From contig OZ025697.1 of NCBI GenBank assembly GCA_964019335.1, forward strand, positions 1 to 64,000: DNA of 64,000 nt. The letters are read 5' to 3'. The notes below the pieces were generated by a model. That model was not told where the DNA came from. It was given only the letters and a program-made list of their open reading frames with translations, and did not search any database. This document shows, in pieces, positions 47,418-59,372 of this stretch (position 1 is the stretch's first letter; every line of letters begins with the position of its first letter). This DNA comes from Diplonema japonicum (taxonomy: Eukaryota; Protista; Euglenozoa: Diplonemea). A program made the translations under genes and the position numbers.

Positions 47418-50400
47418 GTGCTAGCGCATGGTGTTCTGTTGTAATGACATTTGAAAGGAGCAAGTGATGGGGGAGGGTAAACATGAAGTAGGTGAGGGAG
47501 GGGGGGGAATAAAAAAAAGGAAAGAAAAAAAAAAGAGAGACGAAGAAAAGGGGAGGAGGAAAAAAAAAGTTGTTCTTCTTTTTCTTCCCCCTCTTCTTCT
47601 TTTTTGCAACGTAAGGGAGGGGTGTGGGACCTTATTTGATGCATGCGTCGCGATAAAGGGTGGTTAAGGGAGACAAAGAGCCTGCAGGCTTTTTTGGGGT
47701 TTTTTTTTTTTTTTCTTGCAATTTTTTATTTTTCATCCCTTTTTTTTAAATTTTTATTTTGACGCATATTGGGGATTGACAGGTGGGGGGGAAAAAAAAA
47801 AAAGGGAGAAGCCACCTGTGCCCCCTAGAACCTGAGAATATCCCTTTCTGCTTAGGGAAGGGGAAAATCCTATCTTCTCTTCCCTTAAGAGACTGGGTGG
47901 GCTCGTTCAGGCCCAGAGTAACCCATGTCTCTCTCCCTTTCCCCATTGTGTGGCTGAAGGGGGCAGCAAAGATAGGGGTAAAGAAGAAAAGTATAGGAAG
48001 AAAGAAAAAAAAAAGGGGGGAAAGCAAATGAAGGACAGGGGTGTGACACGCCACGAACAGAAACACGTAAATATCGACGAAAAAAAAAGGGTGAAAAATA
48101 AAAAACGAGAAAAAACATATTTGGTGGGGGGGGGTTCAAGGGAGGTATTGCGGTCCCTTAACGCGAAATATTAGCCTTGGGGAAGGGCTGCAAGGGGAAC
48201 GTTAACTTCGCCACGCACACCTTTTTTTTTTTTTCTTTTCTTTTTTTTTTTAAATTTTCTTTTATAAAAAACTGAAAATGTGGAAGAGAAAAAAAAAATA
48301 CAAACAGAAAAAAAAAAAAGGAAATATCCAATCTTTCTTTTCCCCCCATCAAAGGTTTGGAAGGGGGAAAAAAGGGGAGAACGGTAAAAAAAAAAAACCA
48401 AAATTGGGGTGGCAAAAGTGACACTTTGAATGTACTTTTTTCTTTTCTGAAACAAAAAAAGAAAAAAAAAGAATAAGGGACTGTATTGTCTCTTGTGAAG
48501 TTTGGTAGTTTTTTGTACACCCCCCTTTTTTTTTTGCACGGGCAGTAAAAATACAAATTAAAAAAAATGGGAATAAAAAAAAAAAAGAAAAAAAAAAACT
48601 GAATGTTAAAAGGAGAGGATGATCCTCCACCCTCGCAAACACCACTGTTGTTGGTGTTACGTCAGAAGACAAAAAAAAAAGGGGGGGAAAGGTTAGTGGA
48701 TATACGTTGGTATCACTGGACCCATATCTTAAGTCCGCGTCCTCTTACCCACTGTAATGAGATGATCATGGCATCCTTGCTTTGTTTAAGGGGAGGTGCC
48801 GACACACTGCCTCACCAAAAAAAAAAAAAAAAAAGAAAAAGAAAAAGAGAAAAAAATCTTCAATGCAATTGTGTATTGTGGGCAGAAAAATAAAGTAAAA
48901 AAAAAAAAAAATATGAAATGTAGCTTTTTTCCGAACATGAATGGGAAGGGGGGGGAGAGAGAAGTAAATAAGTAAAAGCGAGAGAACTTGAAAAAAGAAA
49001 AAGAAAATCGTTTTTTTTTTTTTTTTCCCTTCCCCATTTTCTTTTTTGTTCTTTATTATTATTATTATTTTTTTTTTTTGATGCTTGTTATATTAATGTC
49101 GCACTGCTAGCTATGTTTTTTTTTTTTTTTTTTTTTCTTTTTTTTTCTTTTTTTTTTTTTTTCAACTCACCCTTGAAACGCCATGTTTCTCATCACTCTT
49201 TGTTTCTTCCATCACATAAAGACTACTCTTTTTTTTTTCCTTGCCCACTCTCAGCTTTATATTTTTGCCCTTGTTAACGTTTAGTAGGTCAACGCGTTAA
49301 GCTTTGTTATTCTCTTCAATTTTATAAATACTCTAAAACGTTTTTTTTTTTTTTTTTTTTTTTTTTTTTCCCTTTTCTTTTTTAAAGTCTTGCCATACTC
49401 ATAATTCGTTCTCTTTTTAATTTTCCTTTTTAAAAGAAGAAGAAATAGCTTTGAAATGGTATCGTTTTTTTTCTCTCTCTCTCTCTCTCTTTTTCCATTT
49501 TTTTTCGTGGTCAAAGAATTATAACACAAAACGTTTTCCCTCACATAGACCTTTTTTTTTTTTGGGAGGGAGGTCAAAAATATGTTCAAGATCCTTGCTG
49601 GAAGGACAAAACTCCCCTCAAATGTCAATCCTTCCAAACTAATTCTAGCCATTCCTCAAAAGGAATTGACCGTGTTTTTTTTTTTTTTTTTTTTTTTTCT
49701 TCTCTCTTTTTTTTCTTCTTTTTCTTTTTTTCTTCATCCTCTTTCTTCCTCGGTATGATACAGAATAAAAAAAAAAAAAAAAAAGTAAAAGAGTCAGTTT
49801 CACTGAGCAGTATTTGTTAAATACAAAAGAAAAAGAAATTTTTTAATATTAAGGACACAATTTTGCTGAGGGTATATTTTCTCGTTTTAAGGGGGGGACA
49901 ACAGAAGAAACCAAGACTTTCATGAAAAAGAGCTTCTTCTTTTTTTTTTTTTTTTTTTTTTACCACACAGACATCTCAAGGGTAAGTTCAATGTTCGCAC
50001 TTTTTTTTTTTTTTTTTTTGATCTAAACATTCGGCTGCAGGAAAATCGTTTTTTTTTTTTCTTCTTTTTGCTTCATTTTCTTTTTTTTTTTTCTGCTTAT
50101 CAAGAACTTAAACGTTGAACACGGTGTGCGTGTTTTTCTTTTTTTTTTTTCCTTCTTTCTTTCTTCAAATTAGTATTCTCCAGAAGTACGCCTACGTCCC
50201 ATCACTCTGGCTCCAGAGAGGTAAATAAATAGGGGAGAAAAAGAAAAGGGGGGAGATGGGGGGGTAATTTACTAAGATGGCAAAAAAAGGGGGGGAGGAA
50301 AAGAGAAAAAAAGAGAACCACCAAAAAAAAAAAAAAAAACTCTAATGGTTAAAAAATATATCTTGTCCCCTCCCTCTCTGCTCTTTGGACTCTTAAATTC

Positions 50401-51237
50401 AAAAAGGTGTAGCTTATAAAGCACCACCTGATTTTTTTCTTCTTCTTTTTAAAATTTTGAACTACGGTACAAAAGGTAGGTAAAAAAAAATTTAAAGCCT
50501 TTCGGCCTCGGGAATCCCGGAATTGGGCTTAATATGGAAATGAAAAGCTAACAGAAACGGGAAATATTTGAACCTTTTCGATCCGGAAAAAAAAAAAAAA
50601 CAGAAATAGGAGATTTCTTTTTTTCTTCATTTTTTTATTTTGGTTCTTTAGGCACCGTGGATTCGGGGCCCCAAGAAAAAATAAATACGAAAAATACGAA
50701 CGTACTTCTTTTGGAACTTTTCCCGTTTCATATTAAGCCCAAATCAGGTTTAAAAAAAAAAAAAAAAAAAGAGAAAAGAAACACAAATGAATTCCACTCG
50801 CTTTAGAAAAAAAAGGGGGGGTAGTTGTGGTAGAAATTAAAAATATGTAAATGGTGGTTTCTTTTTTTTTTTTTTTTTTTAAAAACGGTTTTCTTATTTT
50901 CCCTCTCATTTCGTTCTTCGGGGTAGGGGGGAGAACTTTTTTTTTTTTTTTTTTTTTTTTTTTCCCTTTCTGCATTCTCTGTTTCCATCTAAAACGAAAT
51001 CTTCTTAACGGTGACTGTAACATCACCTGTTAAGGGTAAAAGCACAGCAAAAAAAAGAAGAAGATATCACCTGCTCCTTCTTTAATGTTGATAAAATAGA
51101 TTAAAATGGGAACCGAAGAACCTTTTTTATTTATTTTTTTTTTTTACTCCCCTCCCCTAGGCAAATTCGTACAAGAAAAAAAAACCCCCCAACACCACAG
51201 AACTTACTCTACAAAAATGCCCCATTTGCCTCCACAC

Positions 51238-51266
<29 letters not shown>

Positions 51267-51268
<2 letters not shown>

Positions 51269-53031
51269 CATAACACTCCGGGGCCTATCTACATAGGGGT
51301 CCCTTTTTTGCTCCTTTTCATAATTTGAGGGGGAAAATGGCAGCATTTAACCCCCGTTTGCAGGTAAAACGGGTTTTTTGGACCAGGAAAATTAAAAAAA
51401 AAGTTCAAAAATTAATAAAAATACAAAGGGGATGAAGAGTTGAATGGCCGTAGGGTGCTCAAAAACGACCATGTCAAAATGGGTTGTGCACGGGGGGGTG
51501 TAAATTGAGCATCTTGGGACAAAAAAGGCAGCATCAGGACCCCTCAGATGTCTCAGACCGAGAGAAGTGCCTTTTTGCGGGTGGAATATCGGCCTCGAAA
51601 TCGTCAAGAGGCCTTTTTGGGGTGACGGAAGAGTGGTACGAAAAAAGCACTTATTTGGACAGAGGTGTTGGTTTCAGGTGTAGCATTTGTAGATTGTGCG
51701 TTTTGTGCATCCTTTCAACCTGCAGACCCTAGAGGTGCCCCCTTTGAGTGGCTAGCGGTCACGTTTGGTGTAATCTGGGGTATCGGGGGTGTGCCACTAG
51801 TTGGGTGCCGGGAGTGATGTTTTTGCAACGCTGGACCCATCAATCAGGCTCTCTCGAAAGCGCTCTTTAAAAGCAGCCAGGGTTGTGTATCTCTTTGGCA
51901 TCCCTGAACCATATTTTATTTGAAGTGCATGGCAGTTAACTATTGTCACTTCTAGGGCCCACCAGAAGAGTCCGCACGAAATGCAAGCCCCTCACAGTTT
52001 TTTCACAGGGCTTCGGCCAGACCCACAGTCGAAAAGTAGCTATCGCAAACTACCGTGTTGTCATTTCCCCGGAAAGGCTCCGTTAGCCCCACCGCCTTTT
52101 CCACAACACTGAAATTTTCAAGTGCGTGCCCCTCGATTTTGGTGGCGTGAAAACGCAAAAGATAACCCGTGCTCGTGCAGTTTAGGCAGTAGATTTTTAT
52201 GCCATATCTTTTACGCTTGAGAGGACAGTAGACCCGCAGCCCCCCAATTGCCCCGTGAAGGTACGAGTGTCTCGTCAATGCTTAAATATTTTCCTGGCAC
52301 TGCTGCTTTTGCCCACTTGTCACCAATTCTGCCCAGAAACCCTCGTATCTTCACAACACGTCACCGTTTGACCCTTCTGTGTGAGTGAAGTGGAGGCTAC
52401 TTTTGATTTCCTGGTAGCGTCTCCTGGGCTTCGTGTTACTGAAAAGGGGGATTTTCATGGTCCTGTGGACCAATACGACTGCTGATTCTGGGCACGCCGT
52501 AAACCCATCGCAATGCTCAATCCGAATAAGCGGTGGAGTCTTGGGTCGAAATTTTATCAATCTCAGCGTCCTTTTGCTTGTTTGTCTCTTCTTGGATGAA
52601 GTCTGTGAGCTTCCTATAAAAAAACCGAAGGAATAACCATTTTGCGTCGTCAGGTTTCTGCGTACCACGGGACAGCTTTTTTTCTCCCACTGGCCTATTT
52701 TATGGTCTCTATGGGTACCAACTCCCTTACCCATGAAGGTTGGACCTCGTCCGTAGCTGTTTTGGCTTTACCTTTGCGTTTTTTGGGAACAATTTGGACA
52801 CAGTATGCACACCCGTTATTTTGCGTTTTTAGCCTATCTACTCGGATTTGGGACCCACTTGGTGGGTGGATAACAAGGTTAAGTGACGCAGCGCAGCATG
52901 AAATGCAGTTGAAAATAACTCCTCATTATAGTCGTTCTTGGAGATCCAGGGGTCGAGTGGCCGAAAAAGTACTTAGAGAAAAAAAACGATTTTTCAAAAC
53001 GACAAATATTTGCGCCTTGGAGTGTTATGGG
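51267..53031 (-). mobile_element. Decayed piggyBac transposon
   Basis: 13-bp TIR CCCATAACACTCC / GGAGTGTTATGGG with TTAA TSD. Transposase relics YCPLKRKRYGIKIYCL and VVCDSYFST. Confidence 0.9.
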
Positions 53032-53873
53032 TTAAAGAGGAAACGTTAGGAGAGAGACAGAGAGGAAAGAAGAGAACTTTCCCCAATATTAAATTACCCC
53101 CTTTCTGAAAAATGGAGGGAAAATGCTTAATTCGGAAGAAAAAAAAAGGGGGGGGGGGGCGGGGGGGAAAAAAAAAGGGTTGGATGTAAACACCAGGTAG
53201 CAGCCTAAAGGGCTTTTACAAAAGCCCCCCTTTTTTCTTTTTTCGTTTTTAAAACCTTTTGCAATGTGTAAGAATACCTGATAGTTTCGAGGTAAAGGTC
53301 CCAACTCCTTGTGGCTGTTCTTCTTTGCAAAGGAGAGGGTTCGCATCCCCCTGCCGTATGTTCAAAGAAAAAAGAGAAAAATAATAAAATTAACAACACA
53401 ACACATGCATAAAAGAAAACACACCCTCACCCCTTCCGAAGAAGAGGGCAAGGGAGAGATGGAAAAATAAACAAATAAAATAAGAAATTTAGCGCAATTC
53501 GATATATGGTAAATGGGGGGTAGTTAAGTCCTAAAATATTTTCTTTTTCTTTTTTTGCTTAATTAGTGACAAAAACCTACCCCCCTCGTTATGGGTAGGC
53601 ATCGCAGTGAGAAGGGGAGGGAATATATATTTTTTTAAGAAAAAAAATTTAAAAAAAAGGAAAGAAAAGGAAAAGAAAGAAAGGACTTTTCATTATTATT
53701 ATTATTATTTTCTTTTGCCTTTCTATCACGTCTTAAGGGCTCTTTCTGTGTTTTCTTTTTTCTTTTTTTTCATTGCTTTTCCTTTTCATTTCTTTCATTT
53801 TTTGTTTTTTCCTTTTTTTTTTTTTCCCTTTTCGTTTTTTTGTTTTTTTTTCTTTTGTTAAAAAAAAAAAATT

Positions 53874-54131
53874 CGCCTCATATCTCTAAAACCCGTTTTC
53901 GCATACACTTCGTTTTCGTGAGACGCAGAAAAATTGCTATTTTCAAACAATGGCTGCAAAGAACTTGTTTCGTGACACTCTTCCAGATTTCTTTTTTTTT
54001 TTTTGACAATTTCTTTTTTCCTTGTCTCATTTTCTGGAGTATGTCCAGAGAATGTCGAAAAAGGAGTCCTCTCCCCGGAATTGAACCCAATGGACCCACC
54101 TTTGGAAAACACGTTTTAGAGATACAGGGCG
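53874..54131. mobile_element. MITE, CGC...ATCTCTAAAAC family, with internal B-box
   Basis: 27-bp imperfect TIR. GGGTTCAATTCC on the minus strand at ~54077-54088. Confidence 0.7.
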
Positions 54132-54333
54132 TAAAGTTCCCAATCCCACTGTATTGGACACCTTCGAGGAAAAAAAAAAAAAAAAACAACACAATAAAAT
54201 AAAAATAAAAAACCACACACACACAAAAATAGACGATGTATTGCGCAGTTAGGGGGGGGGGGGGGGGGGGTGGAGGGGAAGAAGGACAAAAGGAAAAAAT
54301 GAGAACCCTTCTCTCAATTTTTCTCTTCCCCAC

Positions 54334-54364
<31 letters not shown>

Positions 54365-54418
54365 CATAAAGAAAAAAAAAAAAAAACCTCATTTTCATTA
54401 ATTTTTTTTTTTTTCAAA

Positions 54419-55063
54419 TCACATTGAAAATGTAACTCGTTTCGCTGATGTACTTTGATAACTCTTTGCAACTTCCTTAGGAGCTGTGGGACGGTAAGAG
54501 TTGTATGAAATTGGGCGGTTTGGGGTGGGTGTGAGAGAAGCGGACGCCGCCCAGATGGTGAGGCCTTGGTTGTTGGTGGTCATCTTCATCCTGCGGGAAT
54601 GGTGATTGGATGGTTTTTGCTCATCTGCCGAGCCCTCTGAGTCAGAGTCTCCCCTGAAGGAGATAGGTACTGACGTACTACTTGCGGCCCCTGTGACTGC
54701 CTCGTCTTCATCATCAGAAGCAGCGTAGTGCAAGCTGTTGTGTGTCGCATTTGACTGCGACCCGCTGTTGTTCGAGGAGTCTGGGCTCTCAGCGTCGCCC
54801 TCACACACGATATCCTCGTAAGCATTGTAGTCATACTTGTACTTTATCACCCCATCTTCGGCATCAGCGCACTCACTGCAGACCCTGACCGCCGTGTCGT
54901 ACCCCAGCGACGCCAGCACCCTTTTGTCTTTGCTGCATGCGTCGCAGAAGATCCCCCCGCAGCACCTGCAGTGGTGCTTCCTCTTCAACCACCCGAACGT
55001 CCCCTCGCACAGCGGACACCCATTCACGTCCTCGTTCGCCATCCAGTGTGACGTTACTCCCAT
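54419..55063 (-). CDS. FYVE zinc-finger protein
   Basis: W..(D)...CPLC...F....RKHHCRCCGGIFC..CS...VRVCSEC. Confidence 0.9.
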   Translation of the reverse strand: MGVTSHWMANEDVNGCPLCEGTFGWLKRKHHCRCCGGIFCDACSKDKRVLASLGYDTAVRVCSECADAEDGVIKYKYDYNAYEDIVCEGDAESPDSSNNSGSQSNATHNSLHYAASDDEDEAVTGAASSTSVPISFRGDSDSEGSADEQKPSNHHSRRMKMTTNNQGLTIWAASASLTPTPNRPISYNSYRPTAPKEVAKSYQSTSAKRVTFSM

Positions 55064-56322
55064 TTTTCTTTTTTCTTTTGTATTGTACCTTCCTTTTTTT
55101 TGTTTTTTTTTTCTTTTGGGGGGTGATGGGGAAACAAGCGGTTTGGGGACGAATTTTCGACCAAGATACGCTGTGCGAAAAAGGCAGGAGAGCCCATACC
55201 ACGGGAGGGGGGGTGAGTTGGGAAACGAAAAGAAAGTAGGCACTGTTTCAAACTAATCATGTCCACGTCTGCCATTCTTGCGAGGGCCTCTGCCTCTATT
55301 CCCATGCCCTCTCTCCTGTAGCTTGCCATCAACATGTGCAGCCTTTTCTGGCTTCGCTGCAAATCGCTATTGTTGAGAAGCTCATGAGCTTTCTCCGGAG
55401 CGCCGCCTGCGCAGAATATCCTAAAAACGATGGAGGCGATGTGGTGGTAGTGCTTGTCGCCCTTCGGGGTGGTCTTAAGGACGGCGGCGGCGAGGAGGGA
55501 TATGGGGGAGATGCCGACACCTTCGGGAGGTGCTCCTTTCAACTCGAGAGTGAGGGTGAGGAGGGCGTGAACGAAGGCAACACGGACCCTGGGCTCCCGA
55601 CGCATGTCGTGACTCGCGGCGAGACGTAGGATACCCGTGAGGCAGCCCTTGGTGCTAAGGCCAACCATGACAGCCACGACTGCCACAACGGGCTGCTGGG
55701 GCATGGCAGTGAGAAGACTCTGAGCTTCATCAACATGTCCTATCTTGACTAGCACCTTGATGCACACTATGTCCACAGTTGAGGTGTGAACCCCTTCGGC
55801 CAAGCAGGCCGCCTTGCGTTCTGCGAGTGTGTCCTGAGAATTGCTGCATGCAAGCCATGCTAGCAAGCACCTGCTGCCAACGTGGTGGCCAGCTTTCTTT
55901 ATCGTTTCCATTACCTCATTCGACCTCAGCTCCGCCTCTTCGCCTTGTGTGTGTTTGCCACAGTACACCATCAACGCGACCAACGAACTCAAGCTGTTGT
56001 TCCCGTCCACCTTCGCCTCGTCGTGCATCGCCTTCAAAAGCATCCCATAGTTCCCTTTGTGCCCGTAGCAGTCCGCCATGCTTGCGTGCAGTCCTGTCGT
56101 TGTCTCCAATGGAAACTTCTCGTACATCTCCCACCCCTTCGCCATGTTCCCGTCCCTGTAGTGCAGCAGACATAGAAGTTTCTCGCACTGCAGGCCTATG
56201 TCGCACCTCTCGTTCTTGAGGTCGCTCATGTACCGCTCCACCTTCCACATGGACGTCCCACGCATTGTTGTCGCCACATGCTTAGCTATCTTCGTATCGG
56301 TCCATGCCCACGTCGGCCTCAT
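55054..56322 (-). CDS. Helical-repeat (PPR-like) protein; 3' end uncertain
   Basis: CACAG|AATG start and degenerate PPR-like helices (C.KVLVKIGHVDEAQSLL, MLMASYRREGM..EAEAL). The ORF runs on into low-complexity sequence. Confidence 0.55.
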   Translation of the reverse strand: MRPTWAWTDTKIAKHVATTMRGTSMWKVERYMSDLKNERCDIGLQCEKLLCLLHYRDGNMAKGWEMYEKFPLETTTGLHASMADCYGHKGNYGMLLKAMHDEAKVDGNNSLSSLVALMVYCGKHTQGEEAELRSNEVMETIKKAGHHVGSRCLLAWLACSNSQDTLAERKAACLAEGVHTSTVDIVCIKVLVKIGHVDEAQSLLTAMPQQPVVAVVAVMVGLSTKGCLTGILRLAASHDMRREPRVRVAFVHALLTLTLELKGAPPEGVGISPISLLAAAVLKTTPKGDKHYHHIASIVFRIFCAGGAPEKAHELLNNSDLQRSQKRLHMLMASYRREGMGIEAEALARMADVDMISLKQCLLSFRFPTHPPSRGMGSPAFFAQRILVENSSPNRLFPHHPPKEKKNKKKEGTIQKKKEKWE

Positions 56323-56458
56323 TCTGTGTAAGGGTGCAGGGCCACAGGCTGTCTTCGATAATGAAACAACACTAAAGTATTTAAAAGAATAGGGTGCTCG
56401 GAAGCACAAAAAGAAAAGAAAAAAGAGATGATATCGGAACGTGGCAAAACACTACCTC

Positions 56459-59265
56459 TTATTTGGGTGTTGGCGGGATGTTGCTGATGCCACCAGAAGC
56501 CTTGGGGGGCGCATTGGGTGGTGTTGCTATCTGTGGCTGTCGTGTCGGCGGTCTGTTCACCCTTCTCTGAGGGGGGCGCCTTTCGGTGTATGCACGGGAC
56601 GACGGTCGGTCGGCAGCCTTGTGCTTCTGCCTCAACTTTTCTTTGATGCGCTTACTGACTTCGTCAAAGTAGCTGCTCACCAGTGGTGCACCGCACGTCT
56701 TCTTGATCTCCCTCACAGGCCTCTTCAGAGACTCCGTCAAGTGTGCCGGTTTCTGTGGCGTGTGTCACGTGGGTAACAAAGCATACCGATACATCCACGG
56801 CCATCTTCTCCACCCACACTGAGTTGAGAACGTCGCCGCCGGACTGCATCAGACACAGCGAGGCCTCCTGCATGCCCTTTCCAGTGACAAGCATCTCTGG
56901 GAAGCACAGCCTGAGCTGGTACTCCGCCTTCCGCCAGTCAACGCAGTCGAAGTACCTTGTGAGTTGTGGTATGCCATTTCACCACCATACCTGTCGACGT
57001 AGTTGCCGATGTCGCCATGCACGATGCCCCATTCCAGGGCCTCTCGCTTCTCGTCCTCGCTGCGATCCCTGCTGCTCTCGTTCGCGAGGGCTGTAACGCT
57101 GATTCCAAATAGCGGCTGTTTACAGGTTGCAAAAGACCGCCCGTCTTCATACCTTGAACCCCTGCGCCAGCGGGCTGTCCGAACACAATGTGGTCACGAT
57201 TTTGAGGCAGTGGTGCTGCACCTCCTTGGTGTCGCTCCTCACGAGCAGGTTCTCCAGGATCTGATCGGTGATGGTTACTTCCTCTTCCTCCTGTGCTGCT
57301 TCTTCGTGCTGCACAACGGAAGTTTCACCTTCCTCGCCACTGGCGAGGGCGAGCACCTCTTCCTGCTTCTCGGTGTTCTCTTCCGCTTCAGGGTCGAATC
57401 TCTTGATGTCACCCTTCACCCTGTACACGGCAGGGGCCTCGTACGCCAGCCACACGTGGCCGCTGCCTAGCAGACTCTTGCAGTGCAGTTTGAATTCGTC
57501 TTTGAACTCTTGGACACTGCCCCACCTCTGCTCGATGGCCTGCGCTAGCAAAGCACACCCTTCATCGCTTTGTATGTCCATGGTCTCATGCTTGGCACGT
57601 AGCCCATTCCAAAACAGGTACCCGTTGTGTGTCTCGGCAGCGTAGTGGTACAACATTTTCAGCTTGCTTAAAGATGCCTGTGAGGTGCTGTGGACGAGTT
57701 TCAATGTAGCATACCGTTGTCTCGTCCCTGTCCCACAGGCCATGCTTTGCCTTCCTTTTGGCGGCTAGCAGCTCCCTCTTCGACTCGAGCACCACAGCGC
57801 TCAGGGACTGCTCGCTGCCGAGGATCTCCTTGATGGCGGCCGAGTCGTCCAACGCCTTCGACAGGCTGATCATGTTGAAGACGTACCGTGTGATGGCGTC
57901 GCGCGAGTCGGTAGGAAGAAACAGCTCAGGGGTGCCTTGCAAAGGACTGAAAGGAAGTGACATGAACCTTCTATTGAGGGAGTCGCTCTTGTCGGCGCTG
58001 CTCATCCCCAACTCCGCAGAAGCACGTGCCTGGTGGCTGAGCGTGTTGATCTTCTCTGCGAGAGCTCCCCGTGTCGCGTCGTCCTCTTCCAGGGCTTTAA
58101 ACCTTCTGTACAGGTGCACCGCTGCCTGCTGGTACATAACACCCCTCAGGCCTTCGAGGTGGTATGCATAGTCCTCTGCGCTTCCCGTCTCCACTCGGAT
58201 CTTGACCTCGCCCCCCTCGTTCATCAGGAAGGTGTTCATTGGTGGTAGGGGCGCGGAAATGTGGTTTTCTAGATGTTGCAGAGATGCCAGGGGCGGTGTC
58301 TCTGTAGCCACAGGGTGGACGGGCATGAGTTCCCTTGCACGATCGATTGCGGCCTTATACTGCTCATCCGTGTTCTCTTCTGTTTCAGTTGCTTCGGGCA
58401 CCGCTTCGGGTTCTGTTTCAGGCACAGCCTCAGGTTCTGTTTCAGGCACAACCTCAGGTTCTGTCTCAGGCACAGCCTCAGGTTCAACCTCAGGAACTGC
58501 TTCGAGCTCTGGCTCTTGCTCCGGTGTCACCTCTTCAGTGGGAATCTCAACAGCAACATCTTCAATTTCGACTGCTGATTTCGCTTCTATTTCTTCCCGT
58601 TCTTTCTCTGCCGCTAGCCGCTCTTCCTCCTCTCTCTTCAGCCGCTCTTCCTCTTCTTTCTTCAGCCGTTCTTCTTCTTGCCTTTTCTTTTCCTCTTCTA
58701 GTCTTTCCTCCTCTTCTTTCTTTCTCTGTTCTTCCTTTTGTCTCTTAATTTCTTCGGCTTCCTTTCTCTTCATTTCCTCTTCTTCCTCTTTTCTCTTTCT
58801 CTCTGCTTCTAGTCGCTCCTCTTCCACCCGCTTGGCTTCCTCTGCAAGCCGCTGTTGTTCAGCTTCTTCTTCTTGTTGCTTCTTCGCAGCCGCCTCTTGT
58901 TCTTCGACCTGCCTTGCGTAGACAGCTGCCGGGTCTTCTGACTTATTCATGTAGATGGACTGCCTCCCGTTGTAGAAGTAGATATGCCCCCCCGCCTCGG
59001 CACGTGTCCAGGCAGTTTGTGTAGGCTTCCAGATGAAGCCTGTTGGTGTAATCTGCACATTGGGGTCAACTGCAGACGGGTCGAAAGGGAGGTCGACTGC
59101 GTACATAGACACCTGCTCACCGTTTCTCTTCAATGTGCCATAGTACGGATCCCCCTCTGCCATTGTGTATTCGGTGTACGTGTCGCCCTTGTGCATGAAC
59201 TCCCTGCGCCCCAACACCCATGACACTTCTGTGCACCATCGCCGGCAGGCTTTTCGTAATAACAT
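56459..59265 (-). CDS. Putative mitochondrial protein with charged coil and a ligand-less Fe/Mn-SOD fold (5 exons)
   Basis: Four introns (first at 57678-57714) join several ORFs in frame. LPF..L..PE, NGYLFW, WGSVQEFKDEF, GSGHVWL and YFDCVDW. Arg-rich N-terminus. Confidence 0.75.
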
Positions 59266-59372
59266 CTTGTGCGATGTTTGCACTCTGGTCGAAGGTGGCG
59301 GACGATTAAAGGCAAACAAATATTTTTTTTTAAAAAAAGGGGGGGTGGGGTGAGGTCAATCTCGGACACTGC

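Noticed and set aside
47460-51050. Many K/F-rich ORFs in intergenic islands
   Set aside because: Translations of A and T homopolymers.
6466-57714. Introner-type mobile introns
   Set aside because: The tiny introns share no internal sequence similarity or terminal repeats.
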